Origin: Octopus bimaculoides
Lineage: Eukaryota
Assembly: GCF_001194135.2 (NCBI RefSeq)
Contig: NC_068982.1
Coordinates: forward strand, 184,469,501 to 184,533,500
Reading direction: 5' to 3'
Length of the DNA: 64,000 nucleotides
Shown: piece after piece, positions 40,746 through 52,689 of the stretch
Position numbering within the stretch: position 1 is the stretch's first letter
How the letters are laid out: each line of letters begins with the position of its first letter
Notes under the pieces: model-generated
The model's input: the letters and a program-made list of their open reading frames with translations, nothing else
The model's database searches: none
What the model was told of the DNA's origin: nothing
Program-made: the position numbers and the translations under genes

Positions 40746-40914
40746 ACACAAAAAGTACGTCTGTTATAAATAATTGTGGGTTCTCCAGTCGTAGATGACA
40801 TATAAGGGTTCCGCAATTTCTTCTTGATTAACAACCTGCACAGATGATTTTTCTTATAGTTAACAAAATGTCTGCACTGTGCATTAGTTCACTCCCTCCA
40901 CAAAATTGACATAG

Positions 40915-41080
40915 CTTGTCAGATGCACGGTGAACCGTACGTCAGATGTCGAAGTGATTGCAGAGAGCAACGTGAAAATGAAAGTATTTTGCTCAAGAAC
41001 ACAATGCAGTGCTAGGTTCAGGAATCGAAACTACGATCTTACGGCCGTGAGTGCGACACTCTAACCGCTAGGCCACGCAC
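40915..41080 (-). mobile_element. SINE S2 head plus CORE
   Basis: gagcaacgtgaaaatgaaagtattttgctcaagaacacaa...gaatcgaaac. Confidence 0.8.
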
Positions 41081-41618
41081 CCTCACACACTTATAGGTTA
41101 TACAGGTTATACTGGAGGTAAAACGGACCAACAAGGAAGCTCCTACATATTCGCTCCATTTGCTAGAAATAACAAATATATTTCTCAAATTACACAATAC
41201 CATCTTTAAAAAGAATCTCGCTGAAAAAAAAAACACAGGATGGTCATGGCTGGAAGGCCTTTTGGGTCGTAGATCTGCAGCTCGATTGTGGATGACTCGG
41301 AGCTGAACAACAACAACAACAAGGTAAGTAAGCAATAACATCAACGCCGACAAGTAAACCAAGTCTTGATTCGTTTTAGCAAATATTGTTCAATTTCTCC
41401 TTTCTACCATGAAACATATTTATCAGGAATTGTTGTGTGATAATAATCAAACTGACTCGGACTTTGATGTTTGCACAAATCGATTTAAAATATTAAAATA
41501 TGAATAGTTTTCTGTGTATCTATATATCTTTGTGTCATACCATTTCTGCATCTCTTTTCAACTCACATCACACATACATATATATATATATATATATCTG
41601 TGCTGTGTGTCATGAGTT

Positions 41619-41673
<55 letters not shown>

Positions 41674-41929
41674 CACACACACCACACACACATTTTCTCT
41701 GTATGTATGTAATGGTGTATTATTTGCAAGTATTATTACGTTACACGGTAAATGTACGATATGCGTGTGTGTGCATATATGTATGTATGTATATGTTATA
41801 TATATATTCGCATGTATTATGTTACATAGTAAATCAACGATATATATGAAGTAGGTAGCGGTGTGCTTGCAAGCATTATGTATACGGTAAATCTACGAAG
41901 TATGTGTGTGGTGTGATGTGTATAGTGTG

Positions 41930-41993
<64 letters not shown>

Positions 41994-42234
41994 TGTCAGC
42001 TTGCAAATAGGCAGCTGTACAAAAGAGTTTCACCGTCTATAAAAGAGGAGACGTCTCAGTGTGTGTCCCCGCCGCAGTCAGAACTGTTTTGATGGCTACA
42101 TTAACCGTTATAGAAATAAATGTGAAATAGGAAAGTCGATATGATATACCTAGGTCATGTGACGTCATTAAAAAGTGATTTTTACACGAAAATGAAAGAT
42201 AGTAAGAGGACGAGGAAAAAGAACGAAAAACACA

Positions 42235-42288
<54 letters not shown>

Positions 42289-42726
42289 GCCAGGAAGTTA
42301 AATGTTCTCCAATTGCATATAAAAACTGACGTAAACATTGTTGTTGATTAACCCTGGGTCAAATTATCAATTATGTTCCGGTCATGATCATCCTGTTTGT
42401 TGTTGTTTGTAGTTTGTGTAAGTAGACGCAATTCATTTGAGGAAGTTTGGCTGCTACTTCTAGCATTTCGATTGATTACATAAAGGCTTCTACGTTGGTA
42501 CGTCAATGCAATTGTGTAGCAGTTAAGAAAATGGTGGTTGTAGTGATGATGATGTTGATGGTGGTGGTGCTGGTGGTGGTAGCAATGGTAGCAATGCAGT
42601 GATGAGTGAACACTCCATCTTTAAAGTTCACTTTTGAAAGTGGTAGACAGAGAGAGAGAGAGAGAGGGGGGGGAGAATTGAAATAAGTTTTGTGTTGTTG
42701 TTAATTGCTTTTCTTATGGTCTAAGC

Positions 42727-42909
42727 CAGTGGTTCATAAACTTTTTCGGATTGCCGCCTCCTTGGCACCCCCTCATTCACCATCCCAAACATAGACCACT
42801 TTCTGCAGCAAATTCAAAACAATTGTATTTCACAATTAAAACTTAACCTAATTAACACATTATTTTGTTGTTTTTGCATCCATCGCTCCACCCACTTTGG
42901 GAACCACTG
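42727..42909. mobile_element. hAT-Charlie MITE, 183 bp
   Basis: TIRs CAGTGGTTCATAAACT and ACTTTGGGAACCACTG; perfect 8-bp TSD gtctaagc at 42719 and 42910. Confidence 0.92.
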
Positions 42910-43554
42910 GTCTAAGCTAACAGAAAACTTTAAAAAACTGAAATTTTACGCATTCGTCAATTCTACACTGCTGTCACTGTTTACAACGATAAGCCCTTCT
43001 TTCCGCCCAGCGAAACCTACCAACAAGCTACTAAAGTTAGTGGGCAGAGATTTTACAGTTTATTCCGTTACCAGTATTGGATTCTGTCGAACAGCATAGC
43101 CACTTAACTCCCAAGTGTCTTCTTTCTTCACGTGTCTGACAATTGGTATTCGGAATAAACGAGAAGTTTATTGTTAGTTTTAGTATAGCACTGCGTGTGA
43201 CGCCGGTTTTAGAATAAGTGTACTGCGTCCCTGCTTGTGAGCGGTAAGGAAGGTTAACGACAGGAAAGGTATCCGACAGTAAAATACCGCAGAAAAATCA
43301 CTCAACCCATCCCAGCACGAAAAAGTGGGCGTAAATCGCTGCTGCTACTACTGCTGATATTTCGAATCTACCCAAGGTTCGTTGGGCAGGAGAATGATGT
43401 CAGCAGAAACAACACAAATTACCGAGGAAGAATCTATAGACAGAGTTGATAGGGGAAAGTAGACTTGGAAACAGGGGACACATACTCAAGAGCGACTATC
43501 AGTAATCATGGTTGTCCATGCATACAGGTATGTCCCTCTCTCAGTCAAGAGATC

Positions 43555-43752
43555 CTAGTCTTGTGGGATCGTGTGTGCTGGTGTCACGCTAAAAAGCACG
43601 AAATACACTATTATGTAAAGTGTTTGGCCTTAGGAAGGGCACCCAGACGTAGAAACCTTGCCAAACCAGACAAATGGAGCCTGGGCAGCCCTCAAGCTGG
43701 CCAGCTTCTGTCAAATCGTCTAACCCATGGAGAACGGATGCTAAAAGATGAT
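43555..43752 (+). mobile_element. RTE-tail repeat S4
   Basis: ttaggaagggcacccagacgtagaaacc...aacccatggagaacggatgctaaaagatgat; related fragments at 43200-43360 and 44250-44340. Confidence 0.75.
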
Positions 43753-43769
43753 TTAATGGGACACCCTAA

Positions 43770-44240
43770 TGTGGATATATTATGGAGAGGAGACAGCGAA
43801 TGTGGGGGTAAAAAATAATAACTTCAGAAAGATTACAAACGCGGCGACAAACCTTCACTGGAATCTGTGTAGAAGATTATGGATATCAAGTTTTCAAGAA
43901 ATTAACATGAAGAAAAAAGGGATACTGAACAACCAGGCAAAAATCTGTTGAGACTTTGATACTCACACCAACTCATATAGAATGCCGAAGACTTGGCACT
44001 ACGGGTTGCTGTAAATAAAGAAATGGAGTTTTAAAATGAACATCTGTAACTAAGGGAACTATATTGTTGCATAGACAGAATTGGAAGTATTTGGTGGGTG
44101 CTCAGGACATGTAACCTAATATAGAGACGGTAGACAATTGAGGTATCAGTAAATACCAACCAGAACTAGGTGTTATTCCAGATAATGTGTTATGCAAGTA
44201 CTGAGAACTGAATAAATGAGTTATGCCTATAACTAATAGA
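43770..44240 (+). mobile_element. Old Dong/R4-clade LINE 3' remnant
   Basis: QKDYKR...LHWNLCRR...GILNNQAKIC*DFD...IECRR aligns with the 3030 and 28085 translations. Confidence 0.6.
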
Positions 44241-44489
44241 CACATCGTCAAGCTAAAACGGACTGGAGCCTGGTGCTGTTCTTCGGCTTACCAGCTTCAG
44301 TCAAACCGTCTTACCCATGTCAGCACAGAAAATGGGCGTTATACACACACACGTGTATATTAATGAAGATAGGGTTAAAATTCAAGCTCCGTCCCCTTGA
44401 AGCACATCTGATTATTTCAGCATTCCAAATCCGTATGTACATGTTATATTTATGTGAAGCATACATGAGAGTTGAAAATTCTGGAAAAT

Positions 44490-44728
44490 ATTTTATTTCT
44501 TTATTGCCCACAAGGGGCTACACATAGAGGGGACAAAGAAGGACAGACAAAGGGATTAAGTCGATTACATCGACCCCAGTGCGTAACTGGTACTTAATTT
44601 ATCGACCCCGAAAGGATGAAAGGCAAAGTCGACCTCGGCGGAATTTGAACTCAGAACGTAACGGCAGACGAAATACTGCTAAGCATTTCGCCCGGTGTGC
44701 TAACGATTTTGCCAGCTCGCCGCCTTTC
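44490..44728 (-). mobile_element. SINE S3, young copy
   Basis: Near-identical reverse complement of 34030-34272. Confidence 0.92.
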
Positions 44729-45079
44729 TGGAAAAATTTTTCTGCAGAGTAATATTTCAAAACAGGAAATTGAACAAAATTTGGGTATTATTCACTCACC
44801 ATTACACATGTTTCATTTGCTAATAATAGAGGAATTACAAAATTGTACTCGTAATAAAAAACGTAAGATATCTTCTGTTAAGAAATTCTTCAGATAGAGA
44901 ATCAAATAATAACATGCGTAAACGGTGAGTAAATAATACCAAAATATTTTCCAGTTTTGTTTTTACATACATGTGTGTATATAACTTAACAACTATTGAG
45001 GGAACTGAATAATTGTTATGCCCATAAGCATTCGTGTTTAGTTATATATGTATGTGTGTATGTATGTATGTATATATTT

Positions 45080-45260
45080 CGCCATGATAGATCGCTGACC
45101 ACTACATTTATATTTTTTCTCTCTTTGTTTCTTTCTGTGTTCCTTTCTGTTGAAGAGCGTAGGCTCGAAACGTTAAAAACTTTCTCTATTCCTGAGGGTT
45201 ATACTAATACATCCATTTGTTGTTTACACCACCTGTCTTCGTCTGTTGTTTTTTTCGTAA
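45080..45260 (+). mobile_element. Penelope-like pLTR fragment with degenerate hammerhead-like core
   Basis: ctgttga-a-gagc(gtag)gctc-gaaacgtt at 45147-45174. Confidence 0.55.
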
Positions 45261-45352
45261 ATTCTCCCCTATATATATGTGTGTATATATATTATATATA
45301 TATAATATATATATTATATATAATATATATATATATAATATATATAATATAT

Positions 45353-45398
<46 letters not shown>

Positions 45399-45890
45399 TT
45401 TACACACATACACACTCACGCATATACTTTCTCAAATATAGGCGGCTTTATGCTCGTCTAATTACACACACATCATTATGAAATTTTCTTTACAGTTATA
45501 TCACAAAAACAGCAATGTTGTAAAAGCAGTGGGTGGGCGGGGTTGGTGGTAGTGGGCGAAAGTGAAGTTTGGTAACTTTAAAGAGAAAAACTGGTTGACG
45601 TTAGATTCATTGCAATGGGGGTGAGGGTAAGAGGCAGCGAGTGTTATTATTATTATTAATATTAATGGGTTTTCAGGGCGGCGGCGTGGTAGTGGAAATT
45701 GAAATATCGGACTAATAGTCTTTAAAACCAATTTGTTTATTGTTTCTTCGTGTTTGAGTTCAGATCTCGCCGATCTCGCCGATGTCCCGTCAGAGGCCGG
45801 TACGCAGGAAATACTATGAATGTAGTGTACTATCTCTACAAACACGTTAACCTGTGCCAAAGTAAAAAAACCATTATTATAGTGGATAAT

Positions 45891-46268
45891 TATTTACATT
45901 TGACGGATATTTGTCCTCATCTTGTTTGTTGTTAACACAACGTTTCGGCTGATATACCCTCTAGCCTTTATCAGGTGTCTTGGGGAAATTTCGAACTTGG
46001 GTTCTCATTCCTAAGGTATTTTTCGATGTTATTATTATTAAGGTCACTGCCTGGAATCGAACTCGGTATCTTGGGGTTAGTAGCCCGCGCTCTTAACCAC
46101 TTAACCAAATACCTTAGGAATGAGAACCCAGGTTCGAAATTTCCCAAAGACACCTGATGAAGGTTGGAGAGTATATCAGCTGAAACGTTAACAACAAACA
46201 AGATGAGGACAAATATCCGTCAAATGTAAATAATGTACAGAATTCCTCATCCTTTAAATATAGAACTG
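45891..46268. mobile_element. tRNA-headed element with hammerhead-like tail, inverted duplication, 13-bp TSD
   Basis: TSD tatagtggataat at 45878-45890 and 46269-46281; arms 45889-46021 and 46107-46234; tRNA-like head 46107-46042 on the minus strand. Confidence 0.85.
46148..46192 (+). ncRNA. Minimal type I hammerhead ribozyme-like motif, helix I 3' strand deleted in this copy
   Basis: GACAC-CTGATGA-A-GGTTG(10 nt)CAGCT-GAAACGTT; the inverted copy at 45980-45933 keeps the helix I partner GTGTT but has CTGATAA. Confidence 0.65.
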
Positions 46269-46284
46269 TATAGTGGATAATGTG

Positions 46285-46670
46285 AAACTTGTTCATTACT
46301 ACGTTCGTTTCCCCCATGCTAGCATGGGTTAGACGGCTATATACAGCTGTCTTACAGCCGGATGCCCTTCCTGTCGCAGCTCTTGAGGTATCTTATTCCA
46401 CACCTCTTGAAAGGAGCAAAGCCAGCAGGTGGCGTTGTCAGGGAAAATGGCATCAACCTCGCTGCTTTCAGCTGAGCGATCTTCGAAGAGTGTTAACAAG
46501 ACACACAAACGCACGTGCAAGCACACACAAACACATTTATATGTTCGACAGGCTTCTTTGAGTTGCCATCAACGAAACCCATTCATAAAGCTATAGAAGC
46601 TCTAGGCGTCCAGCAGTGGGACTGAACCCGAAAGCACGTGATTGGGAACCGAACTCCTTAATGTACACTA
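46285..46670 (-). mobile_element. RTE-tail SINE with S1-like head, diverged
   Basis: cccatgctagcatgggttagacg...ggatgcccttcc; head fragment cagcagtgggactgaacccg at 46610. Confidence 0.6.
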
Positions 46671-46912
46671 CGACTTCTACAAATGATGACGATGTTGATA
46701 ATTCTTCTTGATATAGTATCAAAGCTCGAATTTGGGTGGAAAAAGTTAGTCGATTACATCGACTCCATCTGAAAGAATTACGTGATTTCAGCCTTCCTTA
46801 GCTTTGCCGATGATGGACACCCGGACGCTAGATAGTAGTGATGCATCTCCGCGAGCGATGTATAAGAACCAGTGCCATAACAGGCGCGCTGGTGTCGCGA
46901 ATAGCTAGTGGG

Positions 46913-46959
<47 letters not shown>

Positions 46960-47454
46960 TCAATGCCTTTTTTAGACTAAAGGCTTAGCTGATGTTTCCA
47001 GCGTATCTTATGATTTCATAGACTACTTCATTGCTTCATATTGCAGATTATTTTAATGCTTTTATCTTTATCCGTGTCTGTTGTTAAATATTCTATTGCT
47101 TACTAGCATATAGTATCTGTTGTTGATGTTGTTATAAATACTATTGGTAGAATCTGATATTGTTTGTACCATTGTTTAGCATCTGATATACCTCTGATAA
47201 GCAGACAGCATATATTATTTATTATTGGTAATTCGAGGATAAAGTTATGGTCGAATGGTTAAATGTTCGCTTCGCAAATACAAAACTTAGGGTTCGATAA
47301 ACTCAGTGGCCCCTTGGACAAGTTTTTTTGTTGTTGTTTTCTTTATTCCCCCTCAATCAGAGGCTTGAATCAACTTAATCCAAGTGAGTGAAATAAGAGA
47401 TAGAAACTGAACCGAAGGTTCAACCTCGCTATATATTATGCCACTATAAATTCA

Positions 47455-47680
47455 GCGGAGGCGCATGGCTTAGTGGTAAGGTTGTTGAACTCTTGATTGT
47501 GATTTCGATTCGAGAACCGGGCGACACGTTGTAATTCTTGAGCAAAACACTTTTCATTTCACGTTGCTCCAGTCCGCTCAGCTATCAAAAATGAGCAATC
47601 CTGCGACGGGCTGGCGTCCCGTCCAGTGGGGATGTGTATACACCAGAGAAACCGGTCTTATTAGTTTATATAACTAGGGA
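47455..47680 (+). mobile_element. SINE S2, tail variant b
   Basis: gcatggcttagtggtaagg...ttcttgagcaaaacactt...ctgcgacgggctggcgtcccgtccag. Confidence 0.85.
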
Positions 47681-48168
47681 AGGAAGAAGCTTTATCTTTC
47701 ATAATACATTCAGCCTGGTGGAATACGCAATCTGTTTACACGTTCATACGAGCAAGTTATTGTGGTTGATCGGACAATTGAATGCTCATCGTCGAAATCG
47801 ACGTAGGACCCACTATTGATAAATGTAGCTAGCATCTGTTGTTGTTATTAATGTTGCCTTAGATGTTGTTGAGTGTTGTCGCTAATGTGTTTATTGCTAT
47901 TGTTTAGTTGTCATCATTCTTTCATTGGCGTTTGTTACTGTTATTTGATATTACAGCCACTACGGTATGAACCGTTTGCCTTAATTACATTTCCAAAGAG
48001 CTATAAAATATAAAACACGTCGGTAGAGATGAAATAAAAAGGCAATTTGAAGTGTAAGGGTGGCGGTGTGAGTAATTTCGATTCTCTTTCCCATCCCACC
48101 AAACAGCTTTTCATAAGTATTCATTCACTCCTACCATACCCTACCTTCTCCCGCTCTCGTTCTTTCAG

Positions 48169-48266
48169 ACATTCTCAAGGCATCTTTCGATATATTCTAC
48201 CAACAAATAAATATAAACAGTGAAAAACCACCATCACCACCACCGTCCACACCATCATCGCAGTAG
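48169..48266 (+). CDS. Candidate terminal exon
   Basis: Long polypyrimidine tract plus cag; phase-1 frame DILKASFDIFYQQININSEKPPSPPPSTPSSQ*. Confidence 0.2.
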
Positions 48267-48694
48267 ATAAGGGTGGAAGCAGGCAAGAAATCGGTCCCAC
48301 CGATACTATACTTTGTCGTTTATTCGTGATGATGGCGGTGAAGGAGTGTGAAGTACCAGTGATCCTCAACTGACTTTCATCTCAGGAGTAAAGTATTAGT
48401 AATGAGAATGGTATAGTAGTGGTGGTTGTGTTGTTGATAAAGACGATAAAAAGTAACACATTTCTACAATTGTTATATCAACATCCAGTATTTATATATA
48501 CATATGTATATATTTCTTCCACTCTACGAGGAAAAGCTATGCTCGAAACGTCATATTTCTAGTTTTAATTTTTCCCCTCTAAAACTTTTGCTTGAGCATC
48601 AGACTAATAATATTCACTCTGAACATCCCTTTGATGTTTTTGTTTTTAAATTTATCGTTCGTCATCGATTTTCCTATGTATACATATATACATT

Positions 48695-48890
48695 ACATAC
48701 ACATGGGTGCTGGTGCCACGTAAAAAGCACCCAGTACACTGTGTAGAGTGGTTGGCGTTAGGAAGGACATCCAGCCATAGAAACTATGCCAAATAAGACC
48801 ATAGAACTTGGTGCGGCCCCTGGCCTTGTCAGTTCCTGTCAAGTCGTCCAATCAAGCCAACAAGGAAAATATATATTAAATGTTGATGAT
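48695..48890 (+). mobile_element. RTE-tail repeat S4
   Basis: gtggttggcgttaggaaggacatccagccatagaaac...aatgttgatgat. Confidence 0.8.
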
Positions 48891-49721
48891 GCGTTTGTGT
48901 GTATATATACATGCTTCACACTCTTCAATGCTCCCACTCATAGTCGAGATATTCTGTACGTACTGTGTTGACGTGTTCCACTCCATCACAGATGATCCGT
49001 TTCCACTTTACCTTTATTCAATCACCAACGAACGGCACACGGTACACATTATACACTGATTTCATACTTTTTTTTTTTCATAAATATCCTTAACTTTGAA
49101 CTTCTGTTTGCATGCACTCATCTTCATTCTACTGAAAATAAAACAGGTTTTTGAGTCACTGACACCCAAAAAAATCAACACAAAAAACTTGATATCACGG
49201 TTTTGAAGCAGGATATACTGTCTTGCTCGAATACATCGACAATACTCTGTCAGTTTTATCACCGGATGTACATTATTCTCCCGAAGCATTTCAGGTGGTA
49301 GATTCATTCCTAGCTTATGACAAATTTACCCATGACTTGTCCACGTTAGGGAGAGAGTACAACTGTCTTTATTAACACCATAATTTTGGTAGCTTATTTC
49401 AGATGTTTTTTTTTTAAATTTCTTTTATAGCTGCTTCTGTGGCGACTAGCATAGTTTAACACCTCATCAATATCTGTTGTAGGCGTGACTACCAAGATAT
49501 TGGAAATGTTCCACATTATCCAGCATCTGTCCATCTGTTTGTTTACATATTCAACCAAGCATGCGAGCAATCGTGTCTATGAATAGATTATTCCTTATGA
49601 ATAGGTATTCCTTTGAGTAACAACAAGCTCTAGATATTTTCAAGGAGTACAAGAAAAAACTTCAGAGTGTACACAGCAGTAGTAACCTTTAAAGATTACA
49701 CATAAATCTCCCAAGAGAGCA

Positions 49722-49810
<89 letters not shown>

Positions 49811-51194
49811 AGCCGTACAGCCTTTATTTTGTATACTGTAAATTTTTGTTCTGTCTCAAGCTACTGTTATCTAGCATCTTCAGATGATCTCTACTCAACC
49901 GCTACACGACGGCTACTCAACTGTCAGTCGACCGCTACCACGGTCAGACTACCTCAATTTATATGTCTTGGTCGAGCCTACTTCTTCGCTTGGGGGCGTC
50001 GACACAACAATTTTATTTTGGTTGAATATTCACATTTTTGTGTCGTATTTGTTTTCGTCACTGTCCTCAACGTTGGCTCACTCTTCTCAGCAGCTTTACG
50101 CAACCAAAAATGAACAATATTATCATTAAAAAGACATGACGCTGTAATGAATTTTGTTTTGGACGTTAACTGATGAGGAAAGCGCATGTCCCGTCCCTAT
50201 GCGTGTGAATTTTCCGTTTGTTCCTTTGTCATACTTCTTTTTTAATTTTTGAAGCTTATATATATATATGTGTGNNNNNNNNNNNNNNNNNNNNNNNNNN
50301 NNNNNNNNNNNNNNNNNNNNNNNNNNNNNNNNNNNNNNNNNNNNNNNNNNNNNNNNNNNNNNNNNNNNNNNNNNNNNNNNNNNNNNNNNNNNNNNNNNNN
50401 NNNNNNNNNNNNNNNNNNNNNNNNNNNNNNNNNNNNNNNNNNNNNNNNNNNNNNNNNNNNNNNNNNNNNNNNNNNNNNNNNNNNNNNNNNNNNNNNNNNN
50501 NNNNNNNNNNNNNNNNNNNNNNNNNNNNNNNNNNNNNNNNNNNNNNNNNNNNNNNNNNNNNNNNNNNNNNNNNNNNNNNNNNNNNNNNNNNNNNNNNNNN
50601 NNNNNNNNNNNNNNNNNNNNNNNNNNNNNNNNNNNNNNNNNNNNNNNNNNNNNNNNNNNNNNNNNNNNNNNNNNNNNNNNNNNNNNNNNNNNNNNNNNNN
50701 NNNNNNNNNNNNNNNNNNNNNNNNNNNNNNNNNNNNNNNNNNNNNNNNNNNNNNNNNNNNNNNNNNNNNNNNNNNNNNNNNNNNNNNNNNNNNNNNNNNN
50801 NNNNNNNNNNNNNNNNNNNNNNNNNNNNNNNNNNNNNNNNNNNNNNNNNNNNNNNNNNNNNNNNNNNNNNNNNNNNNNNNNNNNNNNNNNNNNNNNNNNN
50901 NNNNNNNNNNNNNNNNNNNNNNNNNNNNNNNNNNNNNNNNNNNNNNNNNNNNNNNNNNNNNNNNNNNNNNNNNNNNNNNNNNNNNNNNNNNNNNNNNNNN
51001 NNNNNNNNNNNNNNNNNNNNNNNNNNNNNNNNNNNNNNNNNNNNNNNNNNNAAAACAGATTTTGTTGTTCGATTGCTGATTCTATTTGTTTAGCCCTAGG
51101 TTCCAGCAGTCTTAATCAGCCACTACGTTGAGTGTCTGAGAAACTCTACTCCTTTATATGCGTGTGTATCTAAACAAACACATATAAATAAATA

Positions 51195-51445
51195 AATGCG
51201 CCCTTTTAAAGCCTAACCAGGCTCATGGGCCCGGTTTCCTGGTTTCAATGGCGTATGTGTTCCCCAGCTGGACAGGACGCCAGTCCATCGCAGCGTTACT
51301 CATTTTTGCCAGCTGAATGAACTGGAGCAACGTGAAATGAAGTGTTTTGCTCAAGAACACAACGCGTCGCCCGGTCCAGGAATCGAAACCACAATCTTAC
51401 GATCATAGTGCTGACACCCTAACCACTAAGCCACGCGTCTCCACA
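51195..51445 (-). mobile_element. SINE S2, tail variant b, young
   Basis: Complete head, CORE and gctgcgatggactggcgtcctgtccag tail. Confidence 0.9.
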
Positions 51446-51614
51446 ACAAACATATATACTAAACTTAATTGGCACTTCGCCGGTTACGACGAGGAAGGCT
51501 CCGGTTGATCTGATCAATGAATACAACCTGCCCGTGAACTCCACAGACACGGACACGTGTACTTTTAACGTAGTTCTCAAAGAGATTCAGCCTGATACAG
51601 AATGTGACAAAGCT

Positions 51615-51735
51615 AGTCAATTGCAGCAACGTGAAATAAAGTCTCTTGCTGAAGGATACAACGCGTCGCAGGGAATCGAACTCACAGCGTTACGATTGTG
51701 AGCCGAATACGCTAACCACTAAGCCATGCACCTTC
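51615..51735 (-). mobile_element. SINE S2 head fragment
   Basis: gcaacgtgaaataaagtctcttgctgaagg...gaatcgaactc. Confidence 0.75.
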
Positions 51736-52107
51736 ACTCATACATATATTTACAAACACGTATACACACAACACGCTGTTTATGTATACATATTTTGTTG
51801 TTGTAGATGTGATATTTTCTATTGCTCTTGGCTCTCAAGCAACTCTCAGACAACTGAAGACTTTAGGAGGAAAGGGAGACTAAGAAAGCGATAATAGAAG
51901 AAGCACGGATTTAAATAACAACAACAATAACGATACTAATTTTTCTGTTATAGGCATAAGGCCTGAAATTTGGTAGTTGCGGGGGGGGGGGGCTAATCTA
52001 TTACATCGACCCCAGGGCTCAACTGGTACTATTTTATTGATCCTGAAAGGATGAAAAGTGGTATTTCAACTCAAAACATAGAGCCGAAAAAAAAAAAATG
52101 TCACTAA

Positions 52108-52467
52108 ACGCAGGAGTGGCTGTGTGGTAAGTAGCTTGCTTACCAACCATATGGTTCCGGGTTCAGTCTTACTGCGTGGCACCTTGGGCCGACCAAAGCC
52201 TTGTTAGTGGATTTGGTAGATGGAAACTGAAAGGAGCCTGTCGTATATATGTATATGTACATGAATATACATGTTTGTCCTCACCATCATCGCTTGACAA
52301 CCGACGCTGGCGTGTTTACTACGTTCCCGTACCTTAGCAGTTCGGCAAAAGATTCCGACAGAGTAAGTACTAAGCTTACAAAGAATAAGTCCTGGGGTCG
52401 GTTTGTTCGACTAAAGGCGGTGCTCCAGCGTGGCCGCAGTCAAATGACCGAAACAAATAAAAGAGTA
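52108..52467 (+). mobile_element. SINE S1 with an internal deletion
   Basis: caccttgggccgacc lacks the caagtgtcttctactatagcctc block present in the other copies. Confidence 0.9.
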
Positions 52468-52689
52468 AGCATTTTGTCGGACTTGCTCACGATTCTGCCA
52501 GCTTAGCACCTTTAAAAGTTAAACCCGCGAGATTTGAACTCAGAACTTGAAGAAATGCCGCAAAGCATTTTGGCCGACGCGCTAACGATTCTACCAGATC
52601 GTTGTCTTAATAATGATTGTCTAACATAAAATTTTATGCAAGAAATTTGGACAAAGAAGATTACTCGATTGCTTTTCTACTCTAGGTAC

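Noticed and set aside
42038-42170. TATA box, Inr and CRE
   Set aside because: TATA-to-Inr spacing is only about 20 nt and the CRE lies downstream; such motifs are expected by chance.
46042-46107. tRNA gene
   Set aside because: The 5' acceptor strand is missing and the sequence is fused to a repeat tail. This and the other A/B-box sequences are SINE heads.
46884-46909. Helitron 3' end (hairpin plus CTAG/T)
   Set aside because: The hairpin is only 4 bp and no matching 5' TC end was identified.
50170-50216. Hammerhead core CTGATGA with a long stem
   Set aside because: No GAAA follows the stem.
50218-51131. Long ORFs containing X
   Set aside because: Open only because of N gaps; the same applies at 8.7, 13.6, 23.6, 29.8, 32.6 and 36.8 kb.
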